This document shows, one piece after another, positions 57,788 through 64,000 of a stretch of DNA of 64,000 bases; position 1 is the first letter of the stretch; each line of letters begins with the position of its first letter. A program made the position numbers and the translations under genes. The stretch is from an archaeon GW2011_AR5 (GTDB lineage: Archaea > Aenigmatarchaeota > Aenigmatarchaeia > GW2011-AR5): contig JWKQ01000002.1 of the NCBI GenBank assembly GCA_000806115.1, positions 256,815 to 320,814 on the forward strand, given 5' to 3'. The notes beneath the pieces are model-generated. The model was given only the letters and a program-made list of their open reading frames with translations. It was not told the origin of the DNA and did not search any database.

Positions 57788-59623
57788 ATGTTCGATTACA
57801 AGAAACTCGGGCTGCGCGCGGGCTTGGAAATACACCAGCAGCTGAACAGCGGACACAAGCTTTTCTGCAGCTGTCCTATTACGAAAAGTAATGAATTTCC
57901 CGTAGAAATAAAGCGGAAACTTCGTGTCGTGCCCAGCGAACTCGGCGAGTATGACGTTGCCGCGGAGTACGAATATCTTCGCGACCGTTCGTTCCTTTAC
58001 CTGTCAAACCCCGAATCGAGCTGCTTGGTGGAACTGGACGAGCAGCCGCCGAAGCCGATGAATGAGAATGCGCTGAAAACCGTTGTGCAACTCGCCAAGC
58101 TTCTTCATTCGGACGTTGCCGGGGAGATTCATGTGATGAGAAAGACGGTCATTGACGGCTCTGCGGTGACGGGATTCCAGCGCACCGCCCTGATAGCTAC
58201 AGGCGGATATCTCGAGCTTTCCGGACAACAGCTTGCTATACAGACAATCAATCTTGAGGAGGACAGCGCGCCTGCAGTCAGCAGGGGCGACACAGTTGAG
58301 TATTGCACCGAACCGAATGTTCGTGCAAATTGTGCGGATGCAAAGCATTCAGCACAATATCGCCTGGACAGGCTTGGCACCCCGCTTGTTGAAATTGCAA
58401 CAGACTCGACTCTCGGCACGCCGCAGGAAGTGAAGGAAGCAGCGGAAAAAATCGGAACGCTGCTGCGCAGCCTTGACGTGGTGCGCGGGCTCGGCTCTAT
58501 CAGGCAGGACGTGAATGTCTCCATAGCCGAAGGCTGCCGTGTCGAGATAAAAGGTTTCCAGGCTCTCGCTGATATTGAAAAACTTGTCGATAATGAAATT
58601 GCACGGCAGCTGTCGCTTCTGGAAATCAGGGACGGGCTGAGGAACAGGAATTTCAAAAAAGCCGAAGTCTGCGAAGATGTCACGGAAATTTTTGCGAATT
58701 CAGAAGCCAATCTTGTGAAAAAAGTGCTGGCGGAAGGCGGGCGGATAGCGGCAGGAAAGCTCCCGGAATTTGCCGGGCTTATGAAACGCGAGTGCGGTGA
58801 CAGGACTTTTGGAAAGGAGCTCTCAGGATACGCGGCAGCTTTCGGTCTCGGCATAATACACAGCGACGAACTGGAGAAATTTCCTTTCCTGAAAAAAGAT
58901 TTTGACAGTCTGCGTGAAAGGCTTCATGCATCCGGGGAAGACATAGTTTTTATCGTCGCCGGGCACGGCGCGGAAAAAGCAGCTAATGCAGTGATTGAAC
59001 GGGCTAACCAGTGCGTTGTTGGAGTGCCAAAGGAAACCCGCGTTGCAGACGGGACAGGTTCGCGCTACGCCCGTCCGCTTCCCGGCTCGGGACGCCTGTA
59101 TCCTGAGTCTGATGTCCCTTCAATCAGTATGGAAAGATTCATGGATGTGGAGGTCCCGAAGACGCTCGACGAAAGGAGGGAGGAGCTGGATATCCCGGAA
59201 CAACTGGCGGAGCAGATAGTCAGGTCAAAATATTACGAATGGTTCACAAAATTAAAGGGGTACGATGCGGTTCTTGCGGCGACTATCTTTCTTTCAACAT
59301 ACAAGGACCTTGGCAGACGCGGCTATGACGTTTCAAAAATAAGTTTTGAAGACTTGGAAGGTATTATGAAGGCTGTTTTCGAAAGTGGACTGCCGAAAAG
59401 CTCTGTCACGTTAGTGCTCGAGGAAGTGTCCCAGGGTGCATCTTTGCAGGTAGCCCTTTCGAAATACAAGCCTGACTTCGACGTGGAATCGCTGGTGCGC
59501 GCCGTGGTTGCGGACAACCCCGGAAAAACCGAGTCGGCGCTTATCGGCATCGTGATGGCGCGCGCTAAAGGGAGGGCTGATGGAAAAAAGGTTTCTGAAC
59601 TGGTTCGAAAGTTCTCAAAATAG
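57788..59623 (+). CDS. gatE: Glutamyl-tRNA(Gln) amidotransferase subunit E
   Basis: MFDYKKLGLRAGLEIHQQLNSGHKLFCSCP... is the canonical GatE N-terminus. AGGTGA lies 6 nt upstream of the ATG at 57788, so the track's upstream extension is rejected. Confidence 0.95.
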   Translation: MFDYKKLGLRAGLEIHQQLNSGHKLFCSCPITKSNEFPVEIKRKLRVVPSELGEYDVAAEYEYLRDRSFLYLSNPESSCLVELDEQPPKPMNENALKTVVQLAKLLHSDVAGEIHVMRKTVIDGSAVTGFQRTALIATGGYLELSGQQLAIQTINLEEDSAPAVSRGDTVEYCTEPNVRANCADAKHSAQYRLDRLGTPLVEIATDSTLGTPQEVKEAAEKIGTLLRSLDVVRGLGSIRQDVNVSIAEGCRVEIKGFQALADIEKLVDNEIARQLSLLEIRDGLRNRNFKKAEVCEDVTEIFANSEANLVKKVLAEGGRIAAGKLPEFAGLMKRECGDRTFGKELSGYAAAFGLGIIHSDELEKFPFLKKDFDSLRERLHASGEDIVFIVAGHGAEKAANAVIERANQCVVGVPKETRVADGTGSRYARPLPGSGRLYPESDVPSISMERFMDVEVPKTLDERREELDIPEQLAEQIVRSKYYEWFTKLKGYDAVLAATIFLSTYKDLGRRGYDVSKISFEDLEGIMKAVFESGLPKSSVTLVLEEVSQGASLQVALSKYKPDFDVESLVRAVVADNPGKTESALIGIVMARAKGRADGKKVSELVRKFSK

Positions 59624-59654
59624 ATATTTATACGGGATAGCCACAAGTATAATC

Positions 59655-60038
59655 ATGGTGGATTTGCTGAATCTGGTCCCGTTCTCTGTTGCCGGGATTG
59701 TCGCGCTTCTTGTTAACACGGTCATCGCATTCATCGCGCTTGTGATTGCAGACAAGCTGATAGCGCATAACGTCGACGCAAAGCGCCTTTTCATTATGGC
59801 GCTTGTCGCGCTTTTCCTCACGCCCATCGTCGGTGCGCTGCTTCTGAGCAGCCTTAGCCTGCCTTCTGTAGTGTCGGGATATGTCTTCCCGTTCATTGTC
59901 TGGCTTGTGCTCGGCGAGCTGCTCATAAAGGAAGCTGACATGAAGACCAAGCTGAAAGTGGTGGTAGTCGCATTCGTCGTCTGGATAATACTGTCGATGT
60001 TCCTGGCGCCCGTTATCTTCCAGGCGCTGCCTTTGTAG
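59655..60038 (+). CDS. 4-TM membrane protein (127 aa)
   Basis: MVDLLNLVPFSVAGIVALLVNTVIAFIALVIADKL... The start is placed after the gatE stop. Confidence 0.65.
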   Translation: MVDLLNLVPFSVAGIVALLVNTVIAFIALVIADKLIAHNVDAKRLFIMALVALFLTPIVGALLLSSLSLPSVVSGYVFPFIVWLVLGELLIKEADMKTKLKVVVVAFVVWIILSMFLAPVIFQALPL

Positions 60039-60059
60039 AACTAATTCTTTTTTCAGCAG

Positions 60060-60386
60060 TTAGCGCTGGACGGCTCTTGCAATAACGTAGCCTACAGGTG
60101 CGGATGCTATTGGCACTCCCCAGTTCCCGAGGATATCTACGGCACTGGAGATGATACTGGAGTCTATCGCGCCGTAATGCTGTGCCATGCATGCTAGTGC
60201 AACAGCACCGCCGGTGATCATGGCGGATGCTATGGAATTTGTGCGCTGCTCGATCTCCATTCCGGGACCCATGTCGTAGCCGACGAACCGCAGGTTTGTG
60301 TCCCTGTGATTGTAGTCGGGAAGCATTCCGCGGCTTGCCCGGTCCAAAAACCTGTCAGCCGCATGTTTGATAGTTAGAGTTGTCAT
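60060..60386 (-). CDS. Hypothetical protein (108 aa)
   Basis: MTTLTIKHAADRFLDRASRG... AGGTGG lies 5 nt upstream of the ATG at 60386. This is the last gene of a small 3-ORF operon. Confidence 0.6.
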   Translation of the reverse strand: MTTLTIKHAADRFLDRASRGMLPDYNHRDTNLRFVGYDMGPGMEIEQRTNSIASAMITGGAVALACMAQHYGAIDSSIISSAVDILGNWGVPIASAPVGYVIARAVQR

Positions 60387-60401
60387 TTTGTCCACCTGTA
60401 A

Positions 60402-60530
60402 TCATAACGTATATGCGAATCTTGTTAAAGTCGACACAGATAGGCTGTATTCCACTTCGCCTGCGCCTTTTGTCTTGTAGAACTTTGTCGAGTCGCAGTT
60501 CGGGTTCTCGCACATTTCTTTCTGGCACAT
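60402..60530 (-). CDS. Possible 42-aa Cys-containing mini-protein
   Basis: Hand translation gives MCQKEMCENPNCDSTKFYKTKGAGEVEYSLSVSTLTRFAYTL. Its ATG lies 5 nt after the upstream stop, within AAGTGATAATCATG. Confidence 0.35.
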   Translation of the reverse strand: MCQKEMCENPNCDSTKFYKTKGAGEVEYSLSVSTLTRFAYTL

Positions 60531-60535
60531 GATTA

Positions 60536-60736
60536 TCACTTGTTTCTTACCAACTTTATTGAACCTGCTTTTTGTTCGCATACATACTGGATGTCGCCGT
60601 CCACCAGATACGCCCTGAACAGCCTTCTTGTCGGACGTTCATAGGCTAGGGCACACCAGTCGCCATGGTCGTCAAGGAAAGAACCGTAATGTTCCATACA
60701 ACCCGGAAGGTCTCTCTCAGACGGTATGCCTTGCAT
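60536..60736 (-). CDS. Hypothetical protein (66 aa)
   Basis: Track ORF. AAGGTG lies 6 nt upstream of the ATG, and the promoter module is at 60764-60797. Confidence 0.55.
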   Translation of the reverse strand: MQGIPSERDLPGCMEHYGSFLDDHGDWCALAYERPTRRLFRAYLVDGDIQYVCEQKAGSIKLVRNK

Positions 60737-60763
60737 GTAAGCACCTTTCTATTAGTTGTGTTT

Positions 60764-60797
60764 CCCAGTATATAAAGATTTTCACTACTTAAAAGTG
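60764..60797 (-). promoter_or_regulatory. Promoter module TTAAGTAGT-N8-TATATA (copy 2)
   Basis: Minus strand reads CCACTTTTAAGTAGTGAAAATCTTTATATACTGGG, 39 nt from TATA to the ATG at 60736. Confidence 0.55.
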
Positions 60798-60874
60798 GCA
60801 TTATTTTTTGGCAGTGTAATTCAAGCGGACAATGCGTTAAATTAAAAGATTTTTGACAAGTTAGGGATGATTAT

Positions 60875-61657
60875 ATGATTGGCATCTTCGGCGGTTCGGG
60901 GTTTTATTCTTTGCTGGATAACGCGGAAACGACAATTCGCGAAACGCCTTTCGGAGCGCCTTCTTCACCCATAACGCTCGGCACTATCGGCAGACAGGAA
61001 GTCGCCTTCATAGCCCGCCACGGCGTACATCATGAGTATCCTCCGCACAAGATCCCCTACAAGGCGAACCTTTACGCGTTCCGTGAACTGGGAGTGAGCC
61101 GCGTGATAGCGCCGGCTGCCGTCGGATCGCTCAAGAGAGAGATAGCTCCGGGTACGTTCGTTATCCCGGACCAGTTCGTTAACTTCGCAAGCCGCGACGA
61201 CACTTTCTTCAATGAAGTCCCGGTGACGCACGTCTCTTCAGCAGACCCTTATTGTCCTGAACTGAGGAAGCTGCTTGCCGGGATGGCAAATCTCCTGAAT
61301 CTGCCGGTACGTGACGGCGGAACTGTCGTCGTGATCAACGGACCAAGGTTCGCCAGCCGCGCCGAATCAACCTTTTACCAGTCTTTGGGAGACGTGATAA
61401 ACATGACGCAATATCCCGAAGTCATGCTGGCAAGGGAAATGGAGATGTGCTACGCGTCGGTGTGCCTGGTGACTGATTACGACGTCGGGATAAAGGATAA
61501 CGATTCTATAATGCCCGTCTCCGCGCAGGAAGTGGCCGAAGGCTTCAAGCAGAACAGCGAGAAGTTGAAAAGGCTCATACTGGATTGCATACCTAACGTG
61601 CCTGCTGCCAGGGTATGCAATTGCAAGAATTCGCTTGAGAACGCGAGGTTCAGCTAG
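60875..61657 (+). CDS. mtnP: S-methyl-5'-thioadenosine phosphorylase (PNP family 2)
   Basis: IGIFGGSGFY...TPFG.PS....G......VAFIARHG..H...PHKIPYKANLYAFRELGVSRVIAPAAVGSLKREIAPGTFVIPDQFVNF aligns with the MTAP core. Confidence 0.9.
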   Translation: MIGIFGGSGFYSLLDNAETTIRETPFGAPSSPITLGTIGRQEVAFIARHGVHHEYPPHKIPYKANLYAFRELGVSRVIAPAAVGSLKREIAPGTFVIPDQFVNFASRDDTFFNEVPVTHVSSADPYCPELRKLLAGMANLLNLPVRDGGTVVVINGPRFASRAESTFYQSLGDVINMTQYPEVMLAREMEMCYASVCLVTDYDVGIKDNDSIMPVSAQEVAEGFKQNSEKLKRLILDCIPNVPAARVCNCKNSLENARFS

Positions 61658-62258
61658 AATCCAGGCTTTTCCACAGAGTGCGGCATGCATAAGTGCGGTA
61701 GGGCGACCATTTCGCAGATATTCTCTCGATTTTTTCCTTGCTGGGGGATTTCAAGGAGTAGTTTTTGATTATTGCCTTTCTCAGACCCAGGTCGCCGTGC
61801 GAGAATATGTCTTCCCGTCCCATAGTGAACATAAGGAACATCTCGGCAGTCCATGGCCCGACGCCCTTCACCCTGGTCAGTGCCTCTATGGCTTCTGCAT
61901 TTTTCATTTTTGCCACTGTTTTAAGGTTCAAGTCGCCGTTCGATACTTTCTGCCCCAAGTCGATTATGTATCTTGCCTTCGCCCAGGATGTCCCGATCTC
62001 GCGTATTGATTTTTCCTTGAGTTTTGCAGCCCGTTCCGGAGTTATTTTTCCTCCCGGGAAGAGATTTTCAAACCGCGTGAATATGGATTTCGCGGCGCTG
62101 CCTGAAAGTTGCTGGCCTATTATGGCGTAGCAAAGCGAATAAAAGTATTGCGACGGCTTTTGCGGCTGCACCGGGATTATCCCGGTATTTTTTGCCATGG
62201 AAAACATGACGGGGTCCGTTTTCCTGAAATGCGCCAGCACCGCTTTTGTCTTGTCCAT
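61650..62258 (-). CDS. HhH-GPD DNA glycosylase (AlkA / 3-methyladenine glycosylase II-like)
   Basis: IIGQQLSGSAAKSIFTRF..., LTRVKGVGPWTAEMFLMF...ED.F..GDLGLRKA carries the HhH plus Gly/Pro loop plus catalytic Asp pattern. The ATG at 62258 lies 5 nt after the upstream stop. Its 3' end overlaps mtnP by 8 nt. Confidence 0.85.
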   Translation of the reverse strand: MDKTKAVLAHFRKTDPVMFSMAKNTGIIPVQPQKPSQYFYSLCYAIIGQQLSGSAAKSIFTRFENLFPGGKITPERAAKLKEKSIREIGTSWAKARYIIDLGQKVSNGDLNLKTVAKMKNAEAIEALTRVKGVGPWTAEMFLMFTMGREDIFSHGDLGLRKAIIKNYSLKSPSKEKIERISAKWSPYRTYACRTLWKSLDSS

Positions 62259-62263
62259 GATTA

Positions 62264-62944
62264 TCACTTGTCAACCAGGTCTATTTCCTTGATGTCGTAA
62301 GTACCATTGCGCTCTTTCTCGTTCCAGTGCTTTTCCGCGTGGACTACCTTTATTTTTTTCATGAACATCGGACAGTCGAGAACCAGGCTGTCAAGCTCCC
62401 CGCCTTCTCCGCCGATATGAATCCCGTGCCTGAGGTTCAGTTGCACCAGCTCTTCTATTGCTTTCTCGTCCAGCTTCCTGCCAAGCCATTTCTCATCAAG
62501 GGGCGGCGCGGCGACTGCGACGTAGATTATCTCAAAGCCGTCGGCGAGCGCGGCGTGCAAATATTCTTCCGGGTTCCTGTGCCAGAGCGGAGCTATGGAA
62601 AGCAAATCATGGCGCTTGCAGATTGAGTCAATCCTGACCTTCTGGTAGCTGCTTGCTAGCGCGCCGGTCACCACGCCGTCGATATCCCCTTTTATCGAGG
62701 CGATTGCATCTTCCAGGTCGTCCAGTTCCAGTTCCTTCTCGCCTTTGGTTTTTTTCTCAATGAGCGGGATTCCCATCAGGGACGCCTGCGTCTTCACGAG
62801 ATGAATGTTTGGAAAATGGAACATGTAGCTCGCCGGATTCTCGGAAACCATCGAGATAACGTAAGCAATCTCGTGCTCCTTGCTTGCAAGATACGCGGCG
62901 TATAGCGAGTCCTTTCCGCCCGAAACAAGTGCCGCCAGTCGCAT
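62264..62944 (-). CDS. Diphthine-ammonia ligase-like N-type ATP pyrophosphatase (Dph6/MJ0570 family)
   Basis: MRLAALVSGGKDSLYAAY (SGGKDS PP-loop) ...GVVTGALASSYQKVRIDSIC...PLW...GEGGE.DSLVLDCP. Confidence 0.85.
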   Translation of the reverse strand: MRLAALVSGGKDSLYAAYLASKEHEIAYVISMVSENPASYMFHFPNIHLVKTQASLMGIPLIEKKTKGEKELELDDLEDAIASIKGDIDGVVTGALASSYQKVRIDSICKRHDLLSIAPLWHRNPEEYLHAALADGFEIIYVAVAAPPLDEKWLGRKLDEKAIEELVQLNLRHGIHIGGEGGELDSLVLDCPMFMKKIKVVHAEKHWNEKERNGTYDIKEIDLVDK

Positions 62945-62974
62945 GGAGAGAATTAGACAGTATAATTTAAAAGA

Positions 62975-63373
62975 TTAGATGCCCTGCACCGTAACGACGA
63001 TTTCACGCTCCCTGTCGCGGGTGTCAAATTCGAACAGCATGATGGATTGCCACTGTCCGAGAAGGAGTTTTCCGTTGGAAACCGGTATTGTAAGGTTCTG
63101 ATTGAGCAGGGTTGCGCGCAGATGGGAAGGAGCGTTCTCGGGGTGCTGGTAGAGATGGTCGTCAGGTATCAGAGAGGTAACGGTTTTTCTGAAGTCCTCT
63201 ATGAGCATCCTGTCGTTCTCGTTCAGCATGAGCGAAGCTGTCGTGCCGGTAAGAAATATGTTGCACAGCCCGTCTCTCGCCCTGCTTTTGTCCACTATGT
63301 CGCTTATCTGCCTTGTTATGTCGACGAACCCGTCTTTTTTTGTGGGAAGCTTGAGAATGTCACGGTACAGCAT
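62975..63373 (-). CDS. yjbQ: YjbQ/UPF0047 family protein (secondary thiamine-phosphate synthase-like)
   Basis: FVDITRQI...GLCNIFLTGTTASLMLNENDR.L.EDF......IP.....YQH.....N.PSHLRATLL..NLTIPV.NGKLLLGQWQSI.L.EFD. Size is 132 aa. Confidence 0.85.
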   Translation of the reverse strand: MLYRDILKLPTKKDGFVDITRQISDIVDKSRARDGLCNIFLTGTTASLMLNENDRMLIEDFRKTVTSLIPDDHLYQHPENAPSHLRATLLNQNLTIPVSNGKLLLGQWQSIMLFEFDTRDREREIVVTVQGI

Positions 63374-63533
63374 GATTTATTATTCCCTGGGGGGCAATTA
63401 AAGTTTTCATGGCAAGGGCATCTCATGCGTGATGCGGAAAAATTTTCCTTCGTTATTGGTATTTAAGGATTTCCCAGTATACTTAAATACTACTATTTAA
63501 ATGGGAAATTTCTGGGAATTGGAGGTTGATTTC

Positions 63534-64000
63534 ATGGCCGAAAAAACTGGACAGATACAGAAAATCAAGATTGAAAACGTCGTCGCTTCTACGGACATAA
63601 AGAAAATAATTTCTCTTGACAAGCTGCTCAACGTGCTTGAGTCCAGCGAATACGAGCCGGAACAGTTCCCCGGACTCGTGTACCGTCTTGACAACCCGAA
63701 GGTTGCCACTCTCATATTTAGGAGCGGCAAGATAATCTGCGTGGGCGCGCGAAGCACGGCGGCGGCGAAAGAAGCGCTGAAAAAAACTGTCCGCAACATC
63801 AAGAAAATCGGCATACGGTTCAACGAGAATAATCTCAAGGTTAAGATAGAAAATATAGTGGTCGCGGTCAACCTCGGCAGGGACCTGAACCTTGACCAGC
63901 TTGCGTTCCAGCTTGAGAACAGCGAATACGAGCCGGAACAGTTCCCGGGACTTGTTTACCGAATCTATGATCCTAAGGTTGCATTCCTGCTTTTCAGCTC
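63534..64000 (+). CDS. tbp: TATA-box-binding protein (3' end runs off the window)
   Basis: Not in the track (no stop in the window). Translation from the ATG at 63534 gives MAEKTGQIQKIKIENVVASTDIKKIISLDKLLNVLESSEYEPEQFPGLVYRLDNPKVATLIFRSGKIICVGARS... The second repeat is IENIVVAVNLGRDLNLDQLAFQLENSEYEPEQFPGLVYRI. GGAGGT lies 7 nt upstream of the ATG. Confidence 0.95.
   Translation, partial: MAEKTGQIQKIKIENVVASTDIKKIISLDKLLNVLESSEYEPEQFPGLVYRLDNPKVATLIFRSGKIICVGARSTAAAKEALKKTVRNIKKIGIRFNENNLKVKIENIVVAVNLGRDLNLDQLAFQLENSEYEPEQFPGLVYRIYDPKVAFLLFS

Noticed and set aside
60528-60543. Identical 16-mer CATGATTATCACTTGT at 60528-60543 and 62256-62271
   Set aside because: On the coding (minus) strand both read ACAAGTGATAATCATG. 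This is the end of an upstream gene (..AAG TGA), followed by a GTGAT SD-like core (matching the usual GGAGGTGATC-type archaeal SD), followed by the next ATG. The likeliest explanation is a favoured stop/SD/start coupling junction, not a mobile or regulatory repeat.
63497-63871. 124-aa minus-strand ORF near the right edge
   Set aside because: It is antisense to the unmistakable TBP coding sequence, which has two direct repeats with EYEPEQFPGLVYR.

Overview
Gene-dense archaeal chromosomal segment. Archaeal hallmarks: TBP, FEN1, GatD/GatE, aEF-1beta with its Zn-ribbon partner, Pth2, CDP-archaeol synthase, a Dph6-like ligase and a Methanococcales-type S-layer protein. Many genes have a BRE/TATA box about 25-40 nt upstream of the ATG, consistent with leaderless or short-leader mRNAs; others use GGTGAT/GGAGGT-type SD sites. 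Genes are tightly packed, with many 1-13 nt overlaps and convergent genes that abut. A small-genome (DPANN-like) archaeon is my guess only; I computed no composition statistics and ran no searches. Layout: (i) 0-3.5 kb: mscL fragment, two tRNAs, small membrane and Zn-ribbon ORFs. (ii) 3.5-17.4 kb: cell-envelope island with a membrane-tethered wHTH, the S-layer protein, a small wHTH, a 2493-aa sequon-saturated repeat protein, a PGF-pre-PGF protein and a Thr/Pro-stalk anchored protein. (iii) 17.5-31.7 kb: housekeeping genes (truD, pth2, carS, ef1b, fen) interleaved with six GT2 glycosyltransferases, four of them membrane-embedded synthase-like. (iv) 31.7-46.5 kb: a type IV pilus-like locus (ATPase, polytopic platform protein, two short pilins, and many large cysteine-rich proteins with pilin-like N-termini), interrupted by an ArsR/His-rich-peptide module and by arrays of perfect hairpins. 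(v) 46.5-52.8 kb: coiled-coil proteins plus a cluster of paralogous 4-TM membrane proteins. (vi) 53-64 kb: vapBC, a pentapeptide-repeat protein, a rhodanese-MBL fusion, gatDE, mtnP, an AlkA-like glycosylase, a Dph6-like ligase, yjbQ and tbp. There are three tRNAs, two with non-canonical introns. I recognised no rRNA, CRISPR array, transposase or integrase. The most interesting items are the atypical pilus-like locus, the intergenic hairpin arrays (one flanked by inverted repeats, one with mutually exclusive pairings), several intergenic motifs shared between distant loci, and the giant glycoprotein. All family assignments are motif recognition by eye, not database hits.
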